Part shown: positions 55,946-64,000 of the stretch, in pieces | Layout: each line of letters starts with the position of its first letter | Numbering within the stretch: the stretch's first letter is position 1 | Assembly: GCA_946965045.2 (NCBI GenBank) | Contig: OX337232.1 | Span: forward strand, 620,001-684,000 | Length of the DNA stretch: 64,000 bases | DNA from: Epithemia pelagica | Lineage: Eukaryota; Protista; Bacillariophyta | Direction: 5' to 3' | The notes under the pieces: generated by a model | Databases searched by the model: none | The model's input: only the letters and a program-made list of their open reading frames with translations | Told to the model about the DNA's origin: nothing | Made by a program: the position numbers and the translations under genes

Positions 55946-57178
55946 TTATTCTTCCGAGCGGAACAGTTCGACCAGCCGGCGATTGGGATTTTGGAAGGAT
56001 CTGGCGACCGCCAAAAAATCACGTTCGCTGCTGGTTCCAGCCATGCGGTGGTCGTCGTCCTGGCCCTGCAACGTGTTGACTTGGTCATTCGACGAGGTTT
56101 CCGATGCTGCGGGCGGGCCGGATGGAAGAAGGGCCATGCCATGATACGACGAGTAGTTGATCGCTGCTTTGACCGCCATACAAAACGGATCTGGCAGACT
56201 GCTGGTGAGGCCGGCCCTGCCAATGGCAATCTTTATGTTGCTCCAATCCACGTCCTTTTTTGGCTCCGGCACGTGGATCGATTGCGGACTTTTGGGATTC
56301 CGGAGTTCCGCCAAAAGTCGTCGCCATTGCTGATAGGGTTGATGGGTTCGGCCCTCGTCAGGTCCAAAATTCTCCTCGACGGGGTGCTGCAAATCGGAGG
56401 AAGCGAGTCCCTTGAGGAATGCCTCTAGCAGGTGCCGCCCTTGTTCAACCTGCGCCTGGACTGGGCCATTGCTACCGGAAATCGCATCGGCCATGGACAA
56501 AACTTGCCCTTGACAGAAAGGAGCATCCTCTCCGAACGTAATTGCCATGACATTGTATTTGTCTGTACCATTCCAACCCAAAACATCTTCCAGGTCGAGG
56601 AGGGGAATCGTGAGCATGGACGGCGGTTGGGAGTCATAGTGAAGCCCCTGCCAAAACAGGTAGAACTTGTTGTACTTGTGGTGTGTTAGGCCGCTGTGAC
56701 GTATCTTTTTGGAGGAACTGGTAGGTTGGACACCATGTAAGAGCTTGAATCGAGTTTCTTTCGTGCCGTCTACGTTTCCGGTGGCTGCACCTGCCATGTA
56801 CCCAAAGGCTTTGGAACACAACTTGTCGTCGTTGGACAGTAAATGTGCCGTTTCCGCCCCAAAGTTCCGAAACAAATCAAACCGCGTGTTGTTGGACTGA
56901 CTTGTCGTGTTGGTGGCATCGGATGTCGTCTCTGTCGTCGGAGCCATTGGGTCGTTGTGGAAATTCGAATCGTTCACAGTTTCCGGGTACAACGCCCGTG
57001 CTTGACTCCGAGTCCGGACCATGGCATGGTACCAACGACGGTCAATGACGGTTGCCACTGGTTCCCATAGTTCCTCCAGGTTGGAAAAGAAGATTCCTTT
57101 GTTTCTCGCATCTTTCTCTTCCGGGGAAAGACCATGAAGGAAGGCGTGGATCTCTTGAAGCCTCGCTGCCTTGGTCAT
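55946..57178 (-). CDS. Putative HNH-type (HNH_2/Crinkler-associated-like) endonuclease-domain protein
   Basis: Intronless. DLF...ETAHLL....C...Y...A.G...LLHG...SGL...NKF.L..Q..YD..P....IP...W.G...PDPF...KAA.N.S...LLP resembles, from recall, eukaryotic HNH_2-type proteins. Confidence 0.55.
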   Translation of the reverse strand: MTKAARLQEIHAFLHGLSPEEKDARNKGIFFSNLEELWEPVATVIDRRWYHAMVRTRSQARALYPETVNDSNFHNDPMAPTTETTSDATNTTSQSNNTRFDLFRNFGAETAHLLSNDDKLCSKAFGYMAGAATGNVDGTKETRFKLLHGVQPTSSSKKIRHSGLTHHKYNKFYLFWQGLHYDSQPPSMLTIPLLDLEDVLGWNGTDKYNVMAITFGEDAPFCQGQVLSMADAISGSNGPVQAQVEQGRHLLEAFLKGLASSDLQHPVEENFGPDEGRTHQPYQQWRRLLAELRNPKSPQSIHVPEPKKDVDWSNIKIAIGRAGLTSSLPDPFCMAVKAAINYSSYHGMALLPSGPPAASETSSNDQVNTLQGQDDDHRMAGTSSERDFLAVARSFQNPNRRLVELFRSEE

Positions 57179-57483
57179 GGTGGTGGTTTGGGTGCTGTTT
57201 TGTATGGCAGTTTGCAAGTGCGTCCTTTGTGGAGCAGCGGAGGGCCGCCCGCATCGCGACCGAATAATTGGTCGCGTCAGCGCGCACGTCGGTCGACTCA
57301 ATTTTCCAGTCCAACGGACTCCTCACACACAAGGCCTCGTCAAGAATAACATGGTATGGTCCGACTCAAACTCGGTCCTCTGTCTACCTAGATCTTGAAT
57401 TGTATATCAGCAAGAGACACTTGTGAATTGATTCCTTCTCGTTGGGTGGTGTTGGACAAAAGTGCACTGTCCCTTTTTCCAGA

Positions 57484-59049
57484 ATGACACTCCAAACGAC
57501 GACCCAACCGAACCAACAAGGGTGGTGCTTCTTGTCTTCTTGCAGCAGCCGTCGTCATTGTCGTCGTGTCGTGACGGGCGGCTCGTGGCTGGCCATTGCC
57601 GTGTTGGTTCTGGTCCAGTGGACGAGTCCGGTAGTATGGAGAAATGGGACTCCATACAACAACAACAACCACCACAACACTGCAAGACTCTTGCCAGTGG
57701 CACCCTCGTTCTCCACCCGCGTCTGGATTCCACCAAGCGAAACGGTCCCTACATCCAACCACAACTCCAACTCCAACCACAACCACAAGCGCAACCACAC
57801 AACTGGTGGGGTGGTCCGTCACGGCCGCTGGAGCGACACCCGGATTCCACCCCCGATCCCCGATCCGCAACGCTGGGGACCTCATGCCAAACAACTCGAA
57901 TGTCTGGTCGACCACGACGACAACCACGACAAGTCACCCACCAATGCATCCCAATCATCTCAACCATTGGTGCCCCACGCCATTTTACTGGGGGTCATGA
58001 AGGGGGGAACCCAAGCCCTGACCATGTACTTGTCGGAACATGCAAACGTCGCCACGGCCCGTGGCTTTGTCGAACCCCATTACTTTGATCGACGCTTGAT
58101 TCAAACGGCCCAGGGCATTCCCCAAGGCCTCAATCGACACGTGTATCAACAACAGTTGGAACAGCGCTATCAGGATAGTTTCTCCAACAACAAGAATCGC
58201 CACAACAAAATTGTCATTGACGATACTCCCTACTTGTTGGCCGGGGGCGATCGCATGGCGCGAGCCATTTTGTGCATTGCGCCCTGGACGAAATGGATTG
58301 TCCTGTTGCGGAATCCCATGGACCGCATCGAATCGCAATATCGCTATTACATTCAAGGACAATACAATCAACGACAACGAGCGCAAAAACGACAACAACG
58401 AGAACGACAAGAACAAGGTCGCCCCGAGACTCGTTCTACCCAGCACAACTCTACGACATGGACCCAAGCCGTGTCCCAAGCTGGAACAACCACAACCACA
58501 AAAGCAACCATGACGCAGGACTTTGTCGATTGGGAAACGTGGATCGAAGCCGATTTGCAACTCTTGTACGAAACAGGTGTCTTGCGACATTCGTGGACGA
58601 ACCAAGCCGAATTTGACGCCTTTGCCGGATCGCCCGCCGAGCGCAGGGCCTGGCGAAAGTATATTTTGCATCCCCGGGGCTGTCAATTGATTGTCGGCAA
58701 ATCCCTCTATGCCATTCAGTTGGACGTGTATTGGGCCGCCATGGATCAGGCCGGCAAACCGCGCTCCGACTTGTTGATTCTCCAATCCGAAACGCTCAAA
58801 ACCAATACGCAAGCCGTCTACCATCAAGTCTTACAGCATTTGCACTTGGCGCCGCATACCCTCCACAATCCCCAACCGCGCCATGTCACGCGATCGCCCG
58901 TATTCATACCACCCATGCCACGAGCATTACGAGACAAGCTCGAGGCCATTCTCCAACCCTACCAGGATCGATTGCTTCGACAGCTAGGGTGGAATTCCAC
59001 TGTGTGGACGACAACAACGATAACGACAAACACAACAACAACGACATGA
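57484..59049 (+). CDS. Golgi-type sulfotransferase (heparan-sulfate 3-O-/N-sulfotransferase-like)
   Basis: Type II TM anchor, 5'-PSB loop ILLGVMKGGTQAL, EPHYFD, DDTP and 3'-PB VLLRNPMDRIESQY. Confidence 0.88.
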   Translation: MTLQTTTQPNQQGWCFLSSCSSRRHCRRVVTGGSWLAIAVLVLVQWTSPVVWRNGTPYNNNNHHNTARLLPVAPSFSTRVWIPPSETVPTSNHNSNSNHNHKRNHTTGGVVRHGRWSDTRIPPPIPDPQRWGPHAKQLECLVDHDDNHDKSPTNASQSSQPLVPHAILLGVMKGGTQALTMYLSEHANVATARGFVEPHYFDRRLIQTAQGIPQGLNRHVYQQQLEQRYQDSFSNNKNRHNKIVIDDTPYLLAGGDRMARAILCIAPWTKWIVLLRNPMDRIESQYRYYIQGQYNQRQRAQKRQQRERQEQGRPETRSTQHNSTTWTQAVSQAGTTTTTKATMTQDFVDWETWIEADLQLLYETGVLRHSWTNQAEFDAFAGSPAERRAWRKYILHPRGCQLIVGKSLYAIQLDVYWAAMDQAGKPRSDLLILQSETLKTNTQAVYHQVLQHLHLAPHTLHNPQPRHVTRSPVFIPPMPRALRDKLEAILQPYQDRLLRQLGWNSTVWTTTTITTNTTTTT

Positions 59050-59313
59050 ATGCATCGCAAGGAGAAACAACCATATTCGAACGACCAGGCAGAACACGCG
59101 CAAGCAAGAGTCTTGTCGTGTTCCACAGAAAGCCATGTAACATTTTATAATACTATTATAGTCTTGTGGAAGAAACTGATTCTTGACAGTTCCAACCACG
59201 ATGCATTAAAAATGGTTGATCCGTGCTTGGATCTCTAGTGTCCCACAAGTTGACTACCCAAAAGACCATGCAATCTTCTTTCGTGCAACACCATGCTGTT
59301 CCTTTTTGAGAGC

Positions 59314-61857
59314 TTAGAGAATGATACGGCGACGCCGTTGTGTTCGATCGACGCGTCGTTTCGTCAATGGTTCTTCTTCGCGTTTGTCTAGAACGAATCC
59401 ACGAAACCCCGGTTTTTTCTTGTTCTTGTGGTTGTTGGTGAGGTTGTCTTTGGACAGGCTCTGGGTAAATTTTTGGTTCACTTTGTCGTGTTCCTGTTTC
59501 GCACGTTGCTGCTTCTGTTCGGTTTCCAGCCGTTGCACTTGTTGACGAAGGTGTTCCACTTGTTTTTCGTGTTGCGATTCGAGTCGTTGACGTTCCTGTT
59601 CCCATTCCGTTCGTTCCGCGTCCCATTTCGTTTGTCGACGGTCCCATTCCAATTGGTGTTGTTGTTCCTGCTCCTCCCAAATCAAGGACAAGTTATGCAA
59701 TTGCAGTTCCCGGTACAATTCGGACGTGGAGTACTGCAGGTCGGTGGAAAAACAGGCGTGTCCACACGCCTCGTACAATGCCTTGGCCGACAGCGAGACC
59801 AGACTGGTTGTCGTCGTGCATTCTCCATCTTCCTCGTTGTCGTCGTCCTGGTTGCTCGTGGCTGGGACCAGTCCACAGTCTTCCCATTCGGGATCCTGGA
59901 CGGCATGGGCAATACAAGTCAAGCTTTCGACGACTCCCTCTAGGAGTTGGTCCAGTTCAGAATCGTTGAGAATGGTTTCGAGCGGCGAACCATTGGATTC
60001 CAAGACTCGTTTCATCAGTTTCATCATCATGACTGTACTGCTATCCTCCTCCTCATCGTCGTGCTCCATGTCGTCCTCACCATCGTCCGCCTTTTCGGGA
60101 CAACGGTCGGCAATGCGTTGTGTCAAGGCCGATACCAACTGTCGTTTTATATCCAGGGTGGCATTCAATCGTGCTTCCAATCCATTCCTGCGGTCGTCCA
60201 ATGGTCCAGCAGTTTCCAACACGGGCAACCGGAAAAGATTGGTACAGTGTCCCACCGCCAAGGCGGCGGGTAGAATGTGCAACCTAAACACCATGGCCGG
60301 ACCCAACGTCTCGATCCAATCCTCGTCGTCGGATGATAGTTCCAGTTGATGATTCGACAGGGGCGTTCCTTCGTGGTCCACCGCCACGGTGAGTGTGACG
60401 GGACAAAGGTAATAAATGTGAACCGTTCCGGGGGAAGACGAATGGCACAGTCCATCCCACCAACTCATCGCAGTACTTGTACCCAGTGACTGCGGCACAA
60501 AGATGCAATAGTACGGTAGTGCTCCAGAAAAGGGAACCATGGTTTGAACCATTTTGGAATGAAACAAGAGCTGGTGAGCCAAAAACTCGAGGGTCGTGTC
60601 CATGGCTGCGGCACACATTTGGTACGACGACGTGTTTTTCGAGTGCTGTGTGGTGCACTCTTGTCGTTGGCTGTCCTTGTGGGTGTCCTTGTCGCTTGTT
60701 TCTCCTTCATGTTGTTGTTGGTGGTGGTTTCGTGGGATATGTTCCATGGCATCACTGTCACTAGTACTAGTGGTCCCCGTTGCCGTCCTTGGGCGAATGG
60801 CGTTTTCCATGGCTTGTTTCAAGCATGGCGGTGCCACCTGCAGAGCCGTTTCTCCTTGATTGTTTTGAGCATGGACCAAAGTATGGATCATTGAAGAATT
60901 CAATCTCACCGTGTTGTCATTGTCATTGCTGGGACAAAACAAGGCCACCAAACGTTGCACCAGTTTGTGCTGTACCGTGTCACGGGCCGCTGCCGCGACA
61001 TATTCTTGTGGTTCCTGCAATTGCTGGACAAAGTGAACCCAGACCTGTTGCTGAGCCACGGAAAAGGACAATTCTTGGTTCTGCTGGGCCAGGGAGACTC
61101 GAAGCGTGTCCAAATACCCATGGGCCAATTGACCCAACACGTGTTGTCGTCGTTGTTGCTGGGATGTGGTCGTTCGTTTTGTTCTTGTTGTTGTCGACGC
61201 GGTACTGGTGCTGCCAGTCGAACCAACGTTGGTGGGCGTCGATTCCGTGCTGGTTCGGTTCTGGTTGTGGTTGTCCTTGCTGCTCCTTGTACTGGTTTTG
61301 ACACGAGTTTGGTTCTTGTTGTTGTTCTTGCTGCTAGGTCGTGCGTTGTCCCATTTGGGCTGCTTTTTCTGTGGTCCCGTGTCTCGTTTGGGTTGCTTAA
61401 TATTCTTTGGTTGTACAGTCCTTTTGGTGGTCGTTGTTGTCGTCGTTGGGCGCGATGGTGGCGGCGGCGGCTGGTTCTTGTCGTTGTCGTCATGGTTCGT
61501 GTCGTGGGGCACGACGGGATGGTAGTGGTACAACCATTGCAGCAAGTCCCACCAAGACGACACTGATGACGACGACGACCGGGGATCCCGGGAGGATGCT
61601 GCGGCTGTTGTTGCTGTGAGTGATGATGATGATGATGGTGGTTGTTGTTGATGCAGGTATTGTTCCAAAACGAGATCCAAGGGCAATTGTCCATGAGCAT
61701 CCCGCATACTCATGGCCGTGGTCCTGCCACCAGCACCACCACCACGATGAATCGTCGTCGTTGACTCGTCGTCCGCTCCGGCCAAACGTTGGATCCACTC
61801 CATTCGCGTCGTATTAGTACTCGTACGATTCGTCGTGTGCTCAGTTCCCTCCATCAT
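59314..61857 (-). CDS. Large hypothetical protein with degenerate ankyrin-like repeats and C-terminal coiled coil
   Basis: RDAHGQLPLDLVL and AQNNQGETALQVA ankyrin-like motifs; E/Q/R-rich heptad C-terminus; intact 847-aa ORF. Confidence 0.6.
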   Translation of the reverse strand: MMEGTEHTTNRTSTNTTRMEWIQRLAGADDESTTTIHRGGGAGGRTTAMSMRDAHGQLPLDLVLEQYLHQQQPPSSSSSLTATTAAASSRDPRSSSSSVSSWWDLLQWLYHYHPVVPHDTNHDDNDKNQPPPPPSRPTTTTTTTKRTVQPKNIKQPKRDTGPQKKQPKWDNARPSSKNNNKNQTRVKTSTRSSKDNHNQNRTSTESTPTNVGSTGSTSTASTTTRTKRTTTSQQQRRQHVLGQLAHGYLDTLRVSLAQQNQELSFSVAQQQVWVHFVQQLQEPQEYVAAAARDTVQHKLVQRLVALFCPSNDNDNTVRLNSSMIHTLVHAQNNQGETALQVAPPCLKQAMENAIRPRTATGTTSTSDSDAMEHIPRNHHQQQHEGETSDKDTHKDSQRQECTTQHSKNTSSYQMCAAAMDTTLEFLAHQLLFHSKMVQTMVPFSGALPYYCIFVPQSLGTSTAMSWWDGLCHSSSPGTVHIYYLCPVTLTVAVDHEGTPLSNHQLELSSDDEDWIETLGPAMVFRLHILPAALAVGHCTNLFRLPVLETAGPLDDRRNGLEARLNATLDIKRQLVSALTQRIADRCPEKADDGEDDMEHDDEEEDSSTVMMMKLMKRVLESNGSPLETILNDSELDQLLEGVVESLTCIAHAVQDPEWEDCGLVPATSNQDDDNEEDGECTTTTSLVSLSAKALYEACGHACFSTDLQYSTSELYRELQLHNLSLIWEEQEQQHQLEWDRRQTKWDAERTEWEQERQRLESQHEKQVEHLRQQVQRLETEQKQQRAKQEHDKVNQKFTQSLSKDNLTNNHKNKKKPGFRGFVLDKREEEPLTKRRVDRTQRRRRIIL

Positions 61858-62149
61858 GCTCCACCACAGGGCCGGATTGACGCAGGCATAATGAAATTGC
61901 CTTAAAAGCTTGTTCCGTCTCGGATTGCACTACAGATAGATTATCAACAAGCTAGCCTTTCGTCCTAGAGAGGTCGCGTCAATGTCCCAAAAGGCTAGGT
62001 CGTTCGTCCAAACATCATCCAAGATTTCGGGGAGGCAACGTGTTCTCGTAGGACAGAATTCAGGTCTCAGCGTATATCTACAACCGATTAAGCGTAAGAA
62101 AGTGCGCCGGTCAGTTGGATGGCACGTGTCTTTAATTAATTTTGGTCCT

Positions 62150-62375
62150 GATGTCGGAAATCTGGTCCCGATCTCGGAATTCGGGTCGATCTCGGAATTC
62201 GGGCCAGATCTCGGAATTCGGGTCGATCTCGGAATTCGGGCCAGATCTCGGAATTCGGGTGTTTACTCTGAAATAAAGTATACTTTTGTCGGAATTCGGG
62301 TCGATCTCGGAATTCGGGCCAGATCTCGGAATTCGGGTCGATCTCGGAATTCGGGCCAGATCTCGGAATTTGGTC
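62150..62375. repeat. Bipartite array of alternating 18/19-bp quasi-palindromic units around an AT-rich core
   Basis: GATCTCGGAATTCGGGTC and GATCTCGGAATTCGGGCCA alternate, about 5 units each side of a 28-nt spacer (62261-62288). Nine GAATTC sites. Confidence 0.9.
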
Positions 62376-62718
62376 TTTCCGTTGAACGGTTTTCAAGTTG
62401 CCGTGCCTGCTCGCAATATCCTGTTTGACAGGTCAACTCGTCTCTCTATTGACTAGATAGCTAGGAGTACTATTAGCCATTATCGAAATTCGGGGTTTTA
62501 GCTATGGAATGGGAACACTATCTACTTCAAGGAATGATTAACTAGGATAGGTTGTGCTATGGCTTTTGTCTGACTTCTCGTCCGGACTCGACAGGTCATA
62601 GCAAATCTCTTGGCAGCCTCTCGTCCGAGACGGAACCAGCTTTTAAGGCAATTTCAATGCAAGGGAGTCCGACCCCATACATCGGGGTGGGTGGTCTATA
62701 CTGGTGGTGGACCAGTTT

Positions 62719-62778
62719 GGGGGGTGGTGCCCTGCAAGGCCCAAACAGGGGGGGATGGTGCCCTGCAAGGCCCAAACA
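62719..62778. repeat. ~30-bp tandem duplication
   Basis: GGGGG(A)TGGTGCCCTGCAAGGCCCAAACA x2. Confidence 0.85.
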
Positions 62779-63067
62779 TGCCACGGATTGCGTCCCGTGA
62801 CGGGGTCAATGGGCGAATGCTGGTCGTCGTCGTTTTCGTCCTTGTCATTCTTGTTGTTACGCTTAATACTAACTATATACCTAGCTATGCAGGTAGTTCG
62901 TCTCACATTTTTATTTTACAGTAGAATTTTATTGTAGAGCCGGGAAGTAGTGATCGTGCGAATCGCGCGACATCATGGGTGAACCGCGAAAGGAACATTA
63001 TGTCCCTGCGACATCCCATCTCATAATAAAACCGGGCGGTAGTCACTACCTACATATCTAGATATAA

Positions 63068-63260
63068 AGTAAGCAGATTACTCCCCTGTGATTTCTCATT
63101 CCTTCCTCGTCGGGCGCCCGGCTTGTCGGGAGAATGACTCGACGGGCATATGTCTTGTCGGGCATGCGCCCTCCTCGAACATATGCCCTTCTCGTAATTC
63201 TACCCTCCGCGCCGGGCGACCCTCCTCTAAAGGAATGAATCACCGTGAAGTAGTCTTACT
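63068..63260 (-). ncRNA. Putative structured RNA element: rod-like hairpin with four periodic 5x5 internal loops
   Basis: Arms are reverse-complementary in blocks separated by regularly spaced symmetric loops (see findings). It lies in the 3' UTR position of the LRR gene. Confidence 0.5.
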
Positions 63261-64000
63261 ACTACCATTCGGATTCCAGGGACACGTCCAATGGGATTGC
63301 TGCTGCACGACAAAGTCCACCAGATTTTGGTCCGTGGGTGGTGGTCGCTCGGGACGAATTGTTGTGGTGGTGGTGGTGGTGGTGGTGGTTTGGTGGACGA
63401 AGCGTTGATACAAAAAGTGCAAGGCCGTACACTGATCCAAGACGTGGGGTCCTTCCAGCAAGACACGACTGCTTTGGGTCGTCAATAAGGACAGGGAATG
63501 ACAGCCTTGCAAGGCTTGTGTGTGCAACGTCACTGATCTGGTGTTGGCTGCTGTTGGTCCATGGTCGGGTAGGACCAAGGACAAGAGGGAGGCACATCCG
63601 GCAAAGGCGGATGGACCAATCACAAACGACGACGACGAGGATGGTGCAGTGTTGTGATTGTTGTGGTTGTTAGTGGTAGTAGTGGTCGTCGATTTTTGGG
63701 ACGACGACGACGACGACAGGTCGATCGTGAGCAAGGCGCGACACTGGGCAAAGGTGGAGGCGGGAATGCCCCCAGTACGACAACACGACGGCCACCCGCG
63801 CACATGGACCAATCGCGTACACCCTTGAAAGAGGCCCGGTCCCACTTCCAATGGTACCGTGGTCGTGGCATCCAGAAAGGAGACCCCGGACAAGCGAGTA
63901 CAGTGTGCAAAGGCCCGCGCTCCCAGGCGTGTCACGGTTGGTGGTAGAATCAAGGGACCCGTGCAGGCGGTGCAATGCACAAAACATTCCTCGCCAATCT
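63240..64000 (-). CDS. BspA-type leucine-rich repeat (LRR_5) protein, 5' end beyond window
   Basis: IGEECFVHCT, LPPTVTRLGARAFAHCTRL, VGPGLFQGCTRL, IPASTFAQCRAL and IGPSAFAGCASL repeats. Confidence 0.85.
   Translation of the reverse strand, partial: IGEECFVHCTACTGPLILPPTVTRLGARAFAHCTRLSGVSFLDATTTVPLEVGPGLFQGCTRLVHVRGWPSCCRTGGIPASTFAQCRALLTIDLSSSSSSQKSTTTTTTNNHNNHNTAPSSSSSFVIGPSAFAGCASLLSLVLPDHGPTAANTRSVTLHTQALQGCHSLSLLTTQSSRVLLEGPHVLDQCTALHFLYQRFVHQTTTTTTTTTTIRPERPPPTDQNLVDFVVQQQSHWTCPWNPNGSSKTTSR

Noticed and set aside
62150-62375. CRISPR array (palindromic direct repeats)
   Set aside because: Units abut with no unique spacers (only one central insert), there are no cas genes, and the context is eukaryotic.
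63068-63245. SECIS / selenocysteine recoding of the LRR gene's UGA
   Set aside because: No AUGA/GA quartet or apical AA motif typical of eukaryotic SECIS. The readthrough frame gives ~48 unremarkable residues then another stop. Kept only as a generic structured element.
1-64000. tRNA or rRNA genes
   Set aside because: No cloverleaf with A/B boxes and no rRNA-like conserved tracts were recognised by eye; tRNAscan and barrnap were not run.

Overview
Eukaryotic nuclear DNA, most likely from a pennate diatom. This is inferred from silicanin-like genes, RXL pro-peptide motifs, short GT-AG introns and Asn/Gln/Thr-rich low-complexity ORFs; no taxonomy search was run. Genes: two tandem silicanin-like membrane proteins, a small 4-exon gene, a very large OSCA/TMEM63 channel, and YrhK-repeat, Kelch, DnaJ, pirin, sulfotransferase, HNH-like, ankyrin-like and BspA-type LRR proteins. 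There are also a Lys/Gly/Pro/Tyr-repeat secreted protein, three multi-EGF type-I membrane paralogs and a DIRS-like tyrosine-recombinase retrotransposon. Main candidates for novelty: (1) a dispersed four-copy family of coiled-coil plus helical-domain proteins carrying an RNxxxH (HEPN-like) motif, with different N-termini (plastid-like, mitochondrial-like, and a cold-shock/RGG fusion); (2) a ~190-nt rod-like hairpin with four regularly spaced 5x5 purine-rich internal loops, starting at the LRR gene stop codon; (3) retroelement gag and pol in one frame separated by a single TGA; (4) an HNH-like gene bracketed by ~300-bp direct repeats. All calls come from reading motifs by eye; no database or folding computation was run.
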